IMG/VR virus record: IMGVR_UViG_3300025127_007327
Coordinates: 33,460-97,459 of that record
Direction: 5' to 3' (one strand)
From: a virus
DNA length: 64,000 nt
Part shown: positions 31,897 to 43,029 of the stretch, piece after piece
Numbering within the stretch: position 1 is the stretch's first letter
Layout of the letters: the number at the start of each line of letters is the position of its first letter
Position numbers and translations under genes: made by a program
Notes under the pieces: generated by a model
Databases searched by the model: none
The model's input: only the letters and a program-made list of their open reading frames with translations
What the model was told of the DNA's origin: nothing

Positions 31897-34800
31897 ATGA
31901 GTAAAGTAAATTTAAATATACCGTCTCCACAGGTATTTGGTAAAAAGCTACCAAGAGTTTTTATTGATAAAATAGAAATTCAAGATTTTTCTAAGTCGGA
32001 TGGCGATTTTCGTGCAGGTTATGAATATTATGACCACGCAAAAATAGTTGTATATTTAAATATTAGATTTTCAAAACCAGCACATATTCAATATGCTACG
32101 ACCCGTGATTTTATAACTAATCAACTTGATGGCTTGTATTTACATGCTTACACTTCATTTTTAAATCAGTTTAATGATAAATTAGAAAATAATATTTTTA
32201 ATCTCAAAGATTTTTTAGATTGGCGCGAAGGTAAAAATGAATCGGAAGTTAGAAGTAGAATTAATCTTGCTGAAGAATATGGACAACAATTTTCAGATGA
32301 GTGGTTTTTAGGTACTAGCGAACGTTATCGCAACGAGTCTGCAGTGGGTGTAAGTGGCCACGAAATCAAATTATCAGATTTAGTTTCAGAGGACGAAGTA
32401 AATACATATAATTCATCAATTTCCTTTACTAATTCATTTGATTCTGAAGGTAACGAAATTGTTCAGATTTCTAATATTGTTTTAACATTTACGCATAAAC
32501 CATTTTTTGCTGAAGACGTAGCTGTTGCGCTGGGACATGTACTACCAAAAATAGGCAATATTGATCGATTATTTGGTCTTTTTACGGTTGGACCAAAACT
32601 AGAAACTCTTGATACTCCAACTTTCGACGAAACTGTTTCGCAAACTACAAGTATTAATACTTTTAATTCTTATTTTGGCGATATAACGTATTACCAACTC
32701 TTACAAAATGGTAAAATACCTAATAGGTTTTACAGTTCATATTTTGAACAAGACTCAGATGTTCCGTATTATGGTCCTGTATTTATGGGATTAAATGGTG
32801 ATTTTTACAAAACCGAATCTTTTTCAATTCAATCTTTAAGAACACGATTTCAAGAGCTTATAACTAAATATGAGCCATTAAGAGAAACTGATAGTCGCTT
32901 AAACAGTAATATTTCTTCACTTGAAGCAATAATATACGCCGATAATAATACATCAAATGTTTTAGGTGAACTTTCAAATTACCGATCTGTATACCCTGAT
33001 AAATCGCAAGAATTCAAATCAGGCGAATTTTACAATGAATTTGTAATCTTGTTTTCTGATATTGTTTTATTAATACAAAGTATGCCAAAATTAGTTGAAA
33101 AGGTTTTATACGATTCTTTAGTTATTGACACAAGAGCGCGCCAAGGTTTATATGACCCAGAAGTTTTTCGACGGGCAGGAATTCCAGCAAGTGCTCTAGT
33201 TACTGGGGCTGGTGATGATCGCGACTCTGATGATTACATTTCAAAAAACTGGTTTCAAATTTCAAGAAGAGCCTATATTAGAGATACTGCGCCGGGCGCC
33301 GGCGCTACGTCTGCTGGTGGTGCTTTTGGTGATCTTCTTGATGATTTGTTTCCAAGTGAGGGTCCCGATGACTTTTATTCTGAGCGACGACGCGCACTTG
33401 ACGCTGAACGTCGTGCTGGCGAAGGTACAGCCGACCGACCCGCCTCCGGTGCTGAGTATACAGACTTATTAAATCAATTTGTTGAAGTATATGAAGCCGC
33501 AGGATATAGTTCTGCAGATGCTTTAGAATTAGCAGAATCTGAATTAGAATTTCAACTAAGAGCCCCAACCGAAGATTCATTTGGCGGCACCGAGCGAGGA
33601 CTATTTGACCTTACTCGTGCAGAATCATCGACGATTTATACCGCGTTAACTGATGAAGATTTTGTTGTTAATAATTTTGGATATTTTTTCTTTGATTATG
33701 AAAAAGCTGTAAGGACTAGAGCCAATATTTCTCATTTCTTAAATCTTTCTAAATTACAAAAATATTTTAGGTTTAATGTTCCTTACAGAGATTTTCAAAT
33801 TAAAAAAGTTACGTTAAGTAGAAATGAGCTTCTTTTAGAAGCTGATGATATCATAGCTTCTGAAGCTGCTGAAAAAACTGTTAACTTTAAGATAGAAACG
33901 ACCATGCTCAACGGCCCCGCCGGTACAATTCCTAAAAGTAAATTTGCTAAGTATTCGCTTGATGCATCAAACGCAGCTAATGAAGCCGGCGCCGGTGCTG
34001 ACCCAATATCAAAATTAAGATATGGTAGACCAATTGTAAGTATTAATAATCAGCTTAGGTATAGTTACGTAAAATTTATTAATTTTGATGTTGCCAATTC
34101 AGATATATCACGCAGACTTGAAGGTGTTGGTAGAATACCTGATGAGATTAATTATACTGATACTCAAACAGTGGGAGATGGATACAGATTAGCGTGTTTT
34201 GAATTTTCGGACTTTATGGACGACAATGTGGCTTACAAAAACACAATTTTTGATTTAGATGATGCCCTTGGTTTTAGCATTCTTTCAAATAGGCAAGAAG
34301 CATTAAAAATTGTTAATAATGATAGTCCGGTAACTAATTACAAAGTTTTGATTGAATGTGAAGATTCTACTTTAGAAACGTATAAAAATTTTAGAAATGA
34401 AATTAGAAATGTATATGAACGTTTTAGAGCATATGCAGAATTATCTGACGAAATTTGTTCTTACAATAATATCACTAACTCATTCAATCAATTTTTTATT
34501 GATGGTATTACTGAAGCCTATGGTGATAGTAGACCTTGGATTGAGGCTGCTTATGTATATGTTGCAATGAGAGATTTACTATTTGGGGACCTGCAAGCTC
34601 TAGAACCCTCAAAGTTGGATAATCAAGTAAGCGCACAATTGATAACAATAGCTCCTGAAACTGGAACAATTGAAGGTGTACGCTCTATGCTTAAAGAATT
34701 TTGTACAATTATGAGAAGCATGTATTCAAGTGCTGCATATGCTCCTGCAGATGAAGATAAACCCGATTTAGTTGAAGGTGCTCAATCAGGCTTTGATGGA

Positions 34801-36054
34801 ATAGAACCTAGCAGAATCATTTTTAATGATTATTACTATAGCAATGTAAAATCTTTTAGAAATAGAATACCAATAAAAGCAAAAATTGCTGGTGAATATT
34901 TTCCAGATGATACTCCTTTGGAAATATTTGAGGTTCGCGGACCTCCTCCAACTCCATTATTTTCCTCATATAGTTTTGATTGTTATTTTGATGGCGCGGA
35001 GCCAATTGAACGAAGAATGGGTATAAATAACCCATATGTTAGAATACCTACCGGCGAGGGAGCGTATCCCAATCAGTACATAGCATATGCATTTGAAGAA
35101 ATATTTTATCCTGTTGACGGCTTGGGTTCTTTTTTAGATAATATATATGCATTTGATATCAGAGCCGGACGAATAACAGATAGGTTTACACCGCCCTCTA
35201 CATATGGATATCCGCCTGATACTGAAATAACATATATAAAATTTATATTAGATCGAATCTTTCAAAGAAGCACTGTTGATGCTAATGTTGAAGAGAGCAG
35301 TCCATATTACTTAGCAAGTGCAAAGGCTGACGGTAGGTCTATTGAAGCGCGAAGGGCTTTTAGAACATTAAACGCAGCTATTTCGCTTTTAGAAGTATAT
35401 GAAGATGAAGTAGATCGCCGGCTTCTGGATCCAAGCACTCGGTTTGGACCAGTTAATGAGAAAGTCAAAGACCGTAAAGATGCCGCCTACGAGTCCGGTA
35501 CTTACACGACATTGGAACGGGGATCGTGGACCGACGGCTTTTACTACGGCAACAATCCATTCTCCGGCCGCAGTAAAGAATTTATTCTTAGTTCAATAAA
35601 GCAAAGAATCAGAGAATGTATAGCACTGCTTAAAAACTACAAATCGTTTTATACTACATCAGAATATATTGGTGATCTTACTGAATATGCTGGTATTGGC
35701 GGTTTACGTACTGAAGATCGCGAAAGGGTTAGAGTTGCTGACCACGGTTTCGGCTACTATGAAGGAGAAAGGGAAGATCGCGATGGTGATGGTTTATACG
35801 ACACCTACTCTGATGGCACTTATATCTATTATGGTGGCGAAGCACGTTATGATACATATGCGACTGTAGCACTTGGTACAAGAGCAGTAAGGGAATCTGG
35901 AGCCACACTTGGTGATCGTTTTGATCCAACAATTTATGTTGATACTTTTAGAGTTTTTAACGAAGATGATCCAATTGGAGGTGTTTTTAATGATGCTGTG
36001 TTTGATGAAGGTTCAGACCCCTTATTTACAGTAGATGAAGACTCTGGCGAATGA
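31897..36054 (+). CDS. 1385-aa hypothetical virion protein
   Basis: Long acidic ORF in the structural module with an AAGGA ribosome-binding site. Confidence 0.6.
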   Translation: MSKVNLNIPSPQVFGKKLPRVFIDKIEIQDFSKSDGDFRAGYEYYDHAKIVVYLNIRFSKPAHIQYATTRDFITNQLDGLYLHAYTSFLNQFNDKLENNIFNLKDFLDWREGKNESEVRSRINLAEEYGQQFSDEWFLGTSERYRNESAVGVSGHEIKLSDLVSEDEVNTYNSSISFTNSFDSEGNEIVQISNIVLTFTHKPFFAEDVAVALGHVLPKIGNIDRLFGLFTVGPKLETLDTPTFDETVSQTTSINTFNSYFGDITYYQLLQNGKIPNRFYSSYFEQDSDVPYYGPVFMGLNGDFYKTESFSIQSLRTRFQELITKYEPLRETDSRLNSNISSLEAIIYADNNTSNVLGELSNYRSVYPDKSQEFKSGEFYNEFVILFSDIVLLIQSMPKLVEKVLYDSLVIDTRARQGLYDPEVFRRAGIPASALVTGAGDDRDSDDYISKNWFQISRRAYIRDTAPGAGATSAGGAFGDLLDDLFPSEGPDDFYSERRRALDAERRAGEGTADRPASGAEYTDLLNQFVEVYEAAGYSSADALELAESELEFQLRAPTEDSFGGTERGLFDLTRAESSTIYTALTDEDFVVNNFGYFFFDYEKAVRTRANISHFLNLSKLQKYFRFNVPYRDFQIKKVTLSRNELLLEADDIIASEAAEKTVNFKIETTMLNGPAGTIPKSKFAKYSLDASNAANEAGAGADPISKLRYGRPIVSINNQLRYSYVKFINFDVANSDISRRLEGVGRIPDEINYTDTQTVGDGYRLACFEFSDFMDDNVAYKNTIFDLDDALGFSILSNRQEALKIVNNDSPVTNYKVLIECEDSTLETYKNFRNEIRNVYERFRAYAELSDEICSYNNITNSFNQFFIDGITEAYGDSRPWIEAAYVYVAMRDLLFGDLQALEPSKLDNQVSAQLITIAPETGTIEGVRSMLKEFCTIMRSMYSSAAYAPADEDKPDLVEGAQSGFDGIEPSRIIFNDYYYSNVKSFRNRIPIKAKIAGEYFPDDTPLEIFEVRGPPPTPLFSSYSFDCYFDGAEPIERRMGINNPYVRIPTGEGAYPNQYIAYAFEEIFYPVDGLGSFLDNIYAFDIRAGRITDRFTPPSTYGYPPDTEITYIKFILDRIFQRSTVDANVEESSPYYLASAKADGRSIEARRAFRTLNAAISLLEVYEDEVDRRLLDPSTRFGPVNEKVKDRKDAAYESGTYTTLERGSWTDGFYYGNNPFSGRSKEFILSSIKQRIRECIALLKNYKSFYTTSEYIGDLTEYAGIGGLRTEDRERVRVADHGFGYYEGEREDRDGDGLYDTYSDGTYIYYGGEARYDTYATVALGTRAVRESGATLGDRFDPTIYVDTFRVFNEDDPIGGVFNDAVFDEGSDPLFTVDEDSGE

Positions 36055-36122
36055 TTTTAATTAAGGAATATATTTCTTTTTCAATAAACTTTTGTAGCTT
36101 ATAATTATTACAGGTAAATTAA

Positions 36123-36746
36123 ATGTCTGATTATACAAGAAATATGACAACTCCGGGCTCTGGAGCCAGCCCCGGTGGTACTGGTAATAACACAACAACA
36201 CGAATTGATCCTACAAATCGTAAGCCACTTATTTTATCAAGTGATGGATTTCTCGATCCAATAACTAGAAGTAGTGAAAGTACAATAAAGTCTGCAATTA
36301 AAGATCTTAAAAGTGATTCAATTCTAACTGACTTTACAGAGAATGATGATATAGGCTTTCTTTCGGAAGCAGCTTTAAGCGGGATTGGCTTTACCATGGT
36401 TAAAACAGAAGAATTAACAACAACTGGTGGTTCATTAAAAGACTTTACTCTTATTAATACTAAAAACGATGAGACTATAATTCAAAATTCTAAAATTGTT
36501 GATCCTAATATAAGAACAATAAGTCCAGAAAAAGTAAAGGTAACAGAAAAATTTAAATCTGAAACAGATAAATTTTATGAGCTTGATGATGAGCGCCCCA
36601 TTAAAATAAAAGAAGAATCTAAAATTGTTGAAAAAAGTCTTAGTGATAGAAAAAAAGTTTTTGTAGCTAAGAAGATTATTCCAAAAGTTAGGCGTTCTAA
36701 AAACACTCATTTACCAAAGTTATCTAGAGCTAGGAGAAGAAGATAA
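36123..36746 (+). CDS. Hypothetical protein with Arg/Lys-rich C-terminus
   Basis: Ends KLSRARRRR and abuts the next gene. Confidence 0.6.
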   Translation: MSDYTRNMTTPGSGASPGGTGNNTTTRIDPTNRKPLILSSDGFLDPITRSSESTIKSAIKDLKSDSILTDFTENDDIGFLSEAALSGIGFTMVKTEELTTTGGSLKDFTLINTKNDETIIQNSKIVDPNIRTISPEKVKVTEKFKSETDKFYELDDERPIKIKEESKIVEKSLSDRKKVFVAKKIIPKVRRSKNTHLPKLSRARRRR

Positions 36747-37814
36747 ATGTCATTTTCATATGAAATAAATGATTTTTTTATTTATTCTGGATTTAATGCC
36801 AACATTGCCCAAATAGATTCAAGTGTAGAATCTTTTGACCCAGAAGCGCCGGTGTTCGGTGTCCCCGGATACCTTAGTTCATTTTTGAGTAGTGATATGT
36901 TGCCGTACCCGATGTATACATTAACAGGGCTTTCTAATTTAAACACTGAACTTAGGTTACAAATGCGTAAAAGAAGTGAAGGATACACAAGACTAAGACA
37001 AACTGGTGTTTTAAGAGATTTGCCACCCATGGACGATTTTGGATTTTTAGATAAAGATAAATATTTTTCACAAACTGTACAAAGGACTGCTTATAACTAT
37101 AATTCTGCTGGTGAGTTCATAAATAGATTACCCTCAGATCCTTTAAAGCCGGTTAATGATCTTATTGGTCCTATAGAAAATTTAGAAAGTTTTTTTAATG
37201 AATATAAAAACTATAATTTTACTACTATTTTTAATGTAGTTGAAACTGCTGCAGTTATTGAACCAGATTCCACGAGCAGTATAATTGATAATGAAATAGT
37301 TGAAGTATTGAGTTTCGTAAGTCTAAATAATCTTAAGTTATATGATGAGATTTTAGATAGTAATCTTAATATTATGGATCCATATGGTACGGCCTTACAA
37401 GAAGCATCAAAACATATTCCACAAATCATTCCCAATGATATATCAGATATTGATGATGATTCCGGTATAGTTTTTAGTGTCTCCCTAGCATTTTTTAATT
37501 ACTACTATACAACTTACACAGGTGTAAAAGAAGATTTAGAAAATCGATATCATTTACGTGAAAAAAATTCTGCTCTTTTTGAAAATTTATTGGTTGAAAA
37601 AAATAAACAATATTCCCAATTTTTAGAGAATTTTTTAAACGTTGAAAAAGCATATCGTGTCAAAATTCAATTATCTCCTGATCTAGATATGAAAAAATTA
37701 TCACTTTATGGTACAATGGATGAAGGGACTTCAACGCCTGAGTCCACTACAAGCACCAGCGTGACATCAACAGGAATGTCCAGTGGTGGTGGTACCGGAG
37801 GATATAGTTATTAA
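36747..37814 (+). CDS. Hypothetical structural-module protein
   Basis: Ser/Thr/Gly tail ending SSGGGTGGYSY; coupled to both neighbours. Confidence 0.6.
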   Translation: MSFSYEINDFFIYSGFNANIAQIDSSVESFDPEAPVFGVPGYLSSFLSSDMLPYPMYTLTGLSNLNTELRLQMRKRSEGYTRLRQTGVLRDLPPMDDFGFLDKDKYFSQTVQRTAYNYNSAGEFINRLPSDPLKPVNDLIGPIENLESFFNEYKNYNFTTIFNVVETAAVIEPDSTSSIIDNEIVEVLSFVSLNNLKLYDEILDSNLNIMDPYGTALQEASKHIPQIIPNDISDIDDDSGIVFSVSLAFFNYYYTTYTGVKEDLENRYHLREKNSALFENLLVEKNKQYSQFLENFLNVEKAYRVKIQLSPDLDMKKLSLYGTMDEGTSTPESTTSTSVTSTGMSSGGGTGGYSY

Positions 37815-40800
37815 TGGCTAAAATTAAGTTCTTTTCAACTGACATGATGATGAATGGGGATCCACTTAGAACTGAAATAGGAAATTATTTTTCTATAAGT
37901 CAGATCGAAGATTCAACGTTTAAGCGCATTCAGCCCGAATTAAAATTAGAAACTGAAAGTGTTACGGATCTTAGAGGTTTTAGAGTAAAAAGAGCACAAA
38001 CTAATTCTGATAAAATTGAATTTATTCAAACAAATCCGGTAAATATTCGGCCGGTAAACTCAAATTTATATACTCCAAATTTTATAATTCCTTTTAGACT
38101 TTATGCAAATCGCGATGGGGCAGTGTTTGGAGATACAGATTGGCTACAATTCTTTACAGGTGGCTCAATCGCAGATAAAAATTATAAAAATTTAATTAAT
38201 ACTGAAACAGTATTTTATGATACTACTTTTGACACGGACATATTTGATAAATTTAGAAATATTAAAACTATCGAGTATTATGATTTTGATGATGGAACTT
38301 TTGATGAAGATCCGCTGCTGCCATGTTCTATCGTGACAAATTATTTAGATTACGATGATTTAGTTCAAAGCTATCAGAATTGGTCTAGTGGTCTACAATC
38401 TGAACTTTTGATTCCTAATATTAACATTATTAGTGAATATGTTTATTCTCTATCTGTATCTGATTCTGTTAGAGGAACTGAAGAAATTCAACAAGGTTTT
38501 TCTAAAAACAAAGCAAAGTTAATTAATTATCATTTCCCAGATGATGACTATTATGTGAGCTTATCTAAAAATCAATACTTTGGAAATTTTTTCATTAATT
38601 ATCAGCCTATAGTAAACATTAATGATGTTATCAGACACCAAGAAAACATAATTTTTGATCATCGCTACTTTGCTGATTATCAAGACGATATTACCTCCCT
38701 ATCGCCCGATGCAGAAGAAAGCACTGATTTAACAATTCAAACTCAACTGTCAACATTTTACAATGTTAATATTAATTTTAAAAGACATATAAATTCATTT
38801 GGAGGAGCTTTCACCACTGAATATGATTTTACAAGAATAAATGGTGATTTTCCTCCTGTATTAAAAGAATCATCTATTTGTGAACAAATTCAAGAGCACA
38901 ATTTTTCTTCCAAATTTTTAGAACTACTTAAAGATATTGATGAAGGCAGTATACCTCAATTGATGCAAAAAGAAAGGAGATTTAATTATGAATATAAATT
39001 TCCTAAACCAAAATATGATACTTCGGGTGATTATGAATTTAGTGAATTAATTTATGATACACCGAATACTCCAATAAAATTAAAAAGTCTAAATATGTTA
39101 AATATGCTAGCATATGCATACAATAATCCAGAAGCTGGTCTAAATGATAATTATACTTTTATGGGATTTAATCATCCTGAACAAGTGGCTACTTTTTCAA
39201 ATGATACACTTTATAGAACTTTAAACGCACAAAATACATCAAAAGTTATAGATTCTATTATAGATCTAATGAATAGTTATTTTTCTGATTTATCTAATGT
39301 ATTACCCGGCGCTACAACTATAGAGGAGGTAACTGATTTAAGTGACGATATAATTGAAAGAATTTATGGTTCAACTTATAAATTTACTGAAGTCTTAGCT
39401 TATAAAATAGAAAAAATTGGTGGACCTATAGACAACGATAATAGTGAACAAAATATAATCCAAAAATTCTGGGTCTTTAATTCAACTGATGCTCCAGATA
39501 ATATTTCAATTATGGATAGCCAAGTAAAGTATGGAGAAAACTACACGTATAAAATATCTGCTTATGTTTGTGTAATGAGTCATAAATACAAATACGGAGA
39601 TTTTAGACTTACTAAACAAATAGGCACTGATAATTTGACTCTTGAGGGCTTCCCAATCGGTGGAGACATAGAATACTGCGTAGAATTTTACGATCCTATT
39701 ACTAAAGAAAGAATGAACCAAATTTTTCAAGCTTCGACTGACGCGGAAGCGCTTGGTCTTATAGGTTCCCTCACCTCTGGACCCGGCAGCTTGGATGCAA
39801 CAACCTTGTCAGTATTCAATCAATTCGCAAACTTATCTGCGGATATTTCTGAATATCCACAATTAGCTGAGTTTAATATGTACCTTGAGCCATGTTTAGA
39901 AATTTTAGAAATACCATTACTAACCAAAGATGTAAAAGTTTTAGATAATCCACCAAATCAAATAAATGTGGTGCCATTTCATTTTATTGACACATCTAAT
40001 AGAGTTGGATTCAAAATCGGACAAGATAGCTTTATTTCCAAACCTTTCCCAACATTAATAACAGGCGCTGATTTAGCTCTAAAAAATGATTATTTAAAAT
40101 CCAAAGAGCTAATCCCAATTCAAAATATTAATAAAATGTCTGAATCCCCAGCACGTTTTATTGAAATGTATAGAATAAAGGAAAAGCCTAATTCATTTGC
40201 GGACTTTAGTAATGAATCTTTAGCAGAAGGTGGATTAGTTTCTAGAATTGATTTAAGAATTCCTGATGACATATATAATTATTCTGATTTTATTGTTAGT
40301 GATCAAATACTAACTAATACAAAATATTACTATGTCTTTAGATTAATTAATGAAAATGGTCTTTATGGTCCTTTATCTCAAATAATTGAATGTGAACTGA
40401 TAAATGATGGTGGATATGTTTACGCTTTGTTCGACACAGTTGATTCTTCAGAATTTAATCCCGATAAAACTACAAAAACAACTACATCATTTAAAAAAAT
40501 AATGCAACTTGAACCTAACATTGATCAAATGGTTTTTGATTTATCAGATGTAGACCTTAATGATTTAGCTAAAAATCAAATTTCTAATGTTAAAGTTGGC
40601 ATATCTGATAATAAAATATGGAACGAAGATTCTTCAACAGGTGGAAAAAAGTTTAAAATCAGACTTACATCTAAAAAAACCTCTAAAAAGTTAGATTTAA
40701 ATGTTAGATTCAATTTAAGAGATAGAGACTTGACTAAAACTATACATGATTTGCCCGTGTTTGATGCTGAGCCTGTCCCCGGTGCAACTGTGCCCTTTGA

Positions 40801-40843
40801 TCCAAGTTTAGATAAACCACCGAGTGAGGAGGAAGTTGGATAA
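37814..40843 (+). CDS. 1009-aa hypothetical virion protein (possible FN3-like C-terminal domains)
   Basis: DSQVKYGENYTYKISAY and TNTKYYYVFRLIN...GPLS resemble FN3/Ig-like strands. Confidence 0.55.
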   Translation: MAKIKFFSTDMMMNGDPLRTEIGNYFSISQIEDSTFKRIQPELKLETESVTDLRGFRVKRAQTNSDKIEFIQTNPVNIRPVNSNLYTPNFIIPFRLYANRDGAVFGDTDWLQFFTGGSIADKNYKNLINTETVFYDTTFDTDIFDKFRNIKTIEYYDFDDGTFDEDPLLPCSIVTNYLDYDDLVQSYQNWSSGLQSELLIPNINIISEYVYSLSVSDSVRGTEEIQQGFSKNKAKLINYHFPDDDYYVSLSKNQYFGNFFINYQPIVNINDVIRHQENIIFDHRYFADYQDDITSLSPDAEESTDLTIQTQLSTFYNVNINFKRHINSFGGAFTTEYDFTRINGDFPPVLKESSICEQIQEHNFSSKFLELLKDIDEGSIPQLMQKERRFNYEYKFPKPKYDTSGDYEFSELIYDTPNTPIKLKSLNMLNMLAYAYNNPEAGLNDNYTFMGFNHPEQVATFSNDTLYRTLNAQNTSKVIDSIIDLMNSYFSDLSNVLPGATTIEEVTDLSDDIIERIYGSTYKFTEVLAYKIEKIGGPIDNDNSEQNIIQKFWVFNSTDAPDNISIMDSQVKYGENYTYKISAYVCVMSHKYKYGDFRLTKQIGTDNLTLEGFPIGGDIEYCVEFYDPITKERMNQIFQASTDAEALGLIGSLTSGPGSLDATTLSVFNQFANLSADISEYPQLAEFNMYLEPCLEILEIPLLTKDVKVLDNPPNQINVVPFHFIDTSNRVGFKIGQDSFISKPFPTLITGADLALKNDYLKSKELIPIQNINKMSESPARFIEMYRIKEKPNSFADFSNESLAEGGLVSRIDLRIPDDIYNYSDFIVSDQILTNTKYYYVFRLINENGLYGPLSQIIECELINDGGYVYALFDTVDSSEFNPDKTTKTTTSFKKIMQLEPNIDQMVFDLSDVDLNDLAKNQISNVKVGISDNKIWNEDSSTGGKKFKIRLTSKKTSKKLDLNVRFNLRDRDLTKTIHDLPVFDAEPVPGATVPFDPSLDKPPSEEEVG

Positions 40844-40862
40844 GTTTAGAATAAACATTATC

Positions 40863-40870
40863 ACTATTTA
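40863..40870 (+). promoter_or_regulatory. Candidate late promoter ACTATTTA
   Basis: Intergenic, 4 nt before ATG 40875. Confidence 0.5.
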
Positions 40871-40874
40871 AATT

Positions 40875-41957
40875 ATGGCATATCAAAAAACAAGCGACAC
40901 TATTTTAATCACCGCCACCTTAACAGATAAAGGCAAAAAACTTTTATCTAGAGGTAAATTTAAAGTTGCTAAATTTGCTTTAGGTGATGATGAAATTGAT
41001 TATGAGCTATTCAGAGGTGAAAGTGCTGATGATGTAACCTACTTCCCAGCGCTTTTGAATACTGAGATTATGGAAGCATTTAAAGATAAAAATAAAAATT
41101 TACAATTCGGATTGAATTCATTTGATGCAGGTATATTATATTTAACGAAAGAAGAAATTGATCAATTTAATGATGAGGGTAAGGCTTTACATGCGCTGAT
41201 TGAATACTTGCCGATTCTTACTAAAAACACTAAAACACAATACGCACCAACAACAAGGGTTGACAAATATTATTTATCTGTAAATGATGAAACAACAAAA
41301 ATTATTAATGATGGTTTACCTAATTTTAATTTTTTACAAACAAATAATTTTGATTTAACAAAAATTATTGTTGAGTCTGGAATTTTTGTATTTGATAGTG
41401 ATGCTGTGCCATTTCCGTCTTTGGATAATAGAGAACAATTAATCGTTAAGAAGTTTTTGCTTGATAACGATTTTCTCATTCAGGCGGATAATAGGTTTAT
41501 ATCTAGTATTATTAACATGAATACAAATTCAAAATTTGAAAACTTTGCTAGTGGTGAAAAAATCGTCAATTTCAAAACAGGTATTGAAACTGTCGCTGTA
41601 TCAATTGAATCAGAATTTGAATATTTTGCATCTTATTTTTTGAGATCAATTCCAAACATGGTAGCGGATTATGATATTACTACGCCAGAATCCATTAGCA
41701 CAAATATATCTAATTTGAACGGTCCCAGAGGCTCTGTAGTATCATTTAATCCAGTTGTGGATAACGAACTTAAAGTAAATTCTACTGGAACAAGAGATGT
41801 AAGATTTACTAATTTTGGAGTTACAGATAACACACTATTTAGCGAATTAGCAAGTAGTAAGTTCGATTATATAGACACGACTATTTATGTTATGGGAGTT
41901 ACTAGTAACGCGAGATTACAAATACCTATAAGAATTGTAAGATATGCGGGTACTTAA
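40875..41957 (+). CDS. Tail-collar-like structural protein (paralogue of 42031)
   Basis: LTDKGKKLL...KFALGDDEIDY at the N-terminus; GPRGS...YIDT...IPIRIV at the C-terminus. Confidence 0.6.
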   Translation: MAYQKTSDTILITATLTDKGKKLLSRGKFKVAKFALGDDEIDYELFRGESADDVTYFPALLNTEIMEAFKDKNKNLQFGLNSFDAGILYLTKEEIDQFNDEGKALHALIEYLPILTKNTKTQYAPTTRVDKYYLSVNDETTKIINDGLPNFNFLQTNNFDLTKIIVESGIFVFDSDAVPFPSLDNREQLIVKKFLLDNDFLIQADNRFISSIINMNTNSKFENFASGEKIVNFKTGIETVAVSIESEFEYFASYFLRSIPNMVADYDITTPESISTNISNLNGPRGSVVSFNPVVDNELKVNSTGTRDVRFTNFGVTDNTLFSELASSKFDYIDTTIYVMGVTSNARLQIPIRIVRYAGT

Positions 41958-42001
41958 TTTGATAAAACAATAATTATTATTGTATTCTCCTGCACAAAAC
42001 A

Positions 42002-42009
42002 ACTAATTA
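42002..42009 (+). promoter_or_regulatory. Candidate late promoter ACTAATTA
   Basis: Intergenic, upstream of the ribosome-binding site of 42031. Confidence 0.5.
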
Positions 42010-42030
42010 TTTTAACAAAGAGGAAAATAA

Positions 42031-43017
42031 ATGGCTTTTTTAGATAATTCTGGCGACATCATCCTTGATGCGGTATTGACTGAGGTCGGAAGAAAAAGAA
42101 TGGCAAACGGAAACTTTAGAATTTCCAAGTTTGCATTAGGCGATGATGAAATCAACTATAAGAGTTATAATAAAAATCACCGCTCCGGGTCTGCTTACTA
42201 CGATTTAGAAATTTTACAAACACCCATTTTTGAGGCTTCAACTGGAACTAACGCTGCGATTAATAATGGCTTGTTGTCTATTAATAACCCATCATTATTG
42301 TATTTGCCGACAATTAAAAGAAACGATCTTGTCACAAATTCAGCGGTCACTGTTAATAATGTTTACTATCTCGCACTCAATGATGGTGTGACCGCTGACG
42401 CTCTTGTTGCAGCTTTTGGTGGCAAAACTGGCGGAGGACCACGAAAGGTCTTACGTGCAGGAAAAAGAGACGGAACCGCTATTGTGTTAGAAACTGGTCT
42501 TGAAACGCAAGAGATTGCTGCAACTAGAACTAACAAAACAACATTTATTACCTCTAATGGTTTACAAGAATCTTCGTTTGATGTTTCTGTTGATGAAAGA
42601 TTTATATCATCAGTTTTAGGACCGGGTACTGGCACACTTTTTAACAATGGTGGAGCCTCCGGTGAATCACAAGTTAGATTTTCTTTAAATACATTGCCAG
42701 CTTCTAGACCAGATAGAGATCTCAAAAATTATGTAAAAGCTTCTGTGAGCGCAGTAAATAACGGTGTCGAAAAAAGACTTACAGATAGCAAAGCCGATAC
42801 TTCTACATCTGTTATCTCTGGTCCAAGAGCTTCGGCCGTAATGCTTAATTTTGATGTTAGGTTACTTACAACAGATGATTTTACTCGATATGGAAAAACT
42901 GGTCAGTCTGTAGCAGGCGCAGCCGGTACTTATCGTTTTATCGATACCAATGTTTTAGTAGTTGGCTCTACTGGAACTACAGAACAATTACCAATTAGAA
43001 TTATACAAAAAGAATAA
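42031..43017 (+). CDS. Tail-collar-like structural protein
   Basis: LTEVGRKRMA...ISKFALGDDEINY; GAGG ribosome-binding site and candidate late-promoter motif upstream. Confidence 0.6.
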   Translation: MAFLDNSGDIILDAVLTEVGRKRMANGNFRISKFALGDDEINYKSYNKNHRSGSAYYDLEILQTPIFEASTGTNAAINNGLLSINNPSLLYLPTIKRNDLVTNSAVTVNNVYYLALNDGVTADALVAAFGGKTGGGPRKVLRAGKRDGTAIVLETGLETQEIAATRTNKTTFITSNGLQESSFDVSVDERFISSVLGPGTGTLFNNGGASGESQVRFSLNTLPASRPDRDLKNYVKASVSAVNNGVEKRLTDSKADTSTSVISGPRASAVMLNFDVRLLTTDDFTRYGKTGQSVAGAAGTYRFIDTNVLVVGSTGTTEQLPIRIIQKE

Positions 43018-43029
43018 CGGAGTTTATAA

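Noticed and set aside
36063-36081. Possible terminator AGGAATA/TATTTCT followed by a T-run
   Set aside because: The stem is weak and AT-rich with essentially no loop; not supportable.
41967-41983. Palindrome ACAATAAT-T-ATTATTGT in an intergenic gap
   Set aside because: A single AT-rich instance, too weak for a terminator and plausible by chance.
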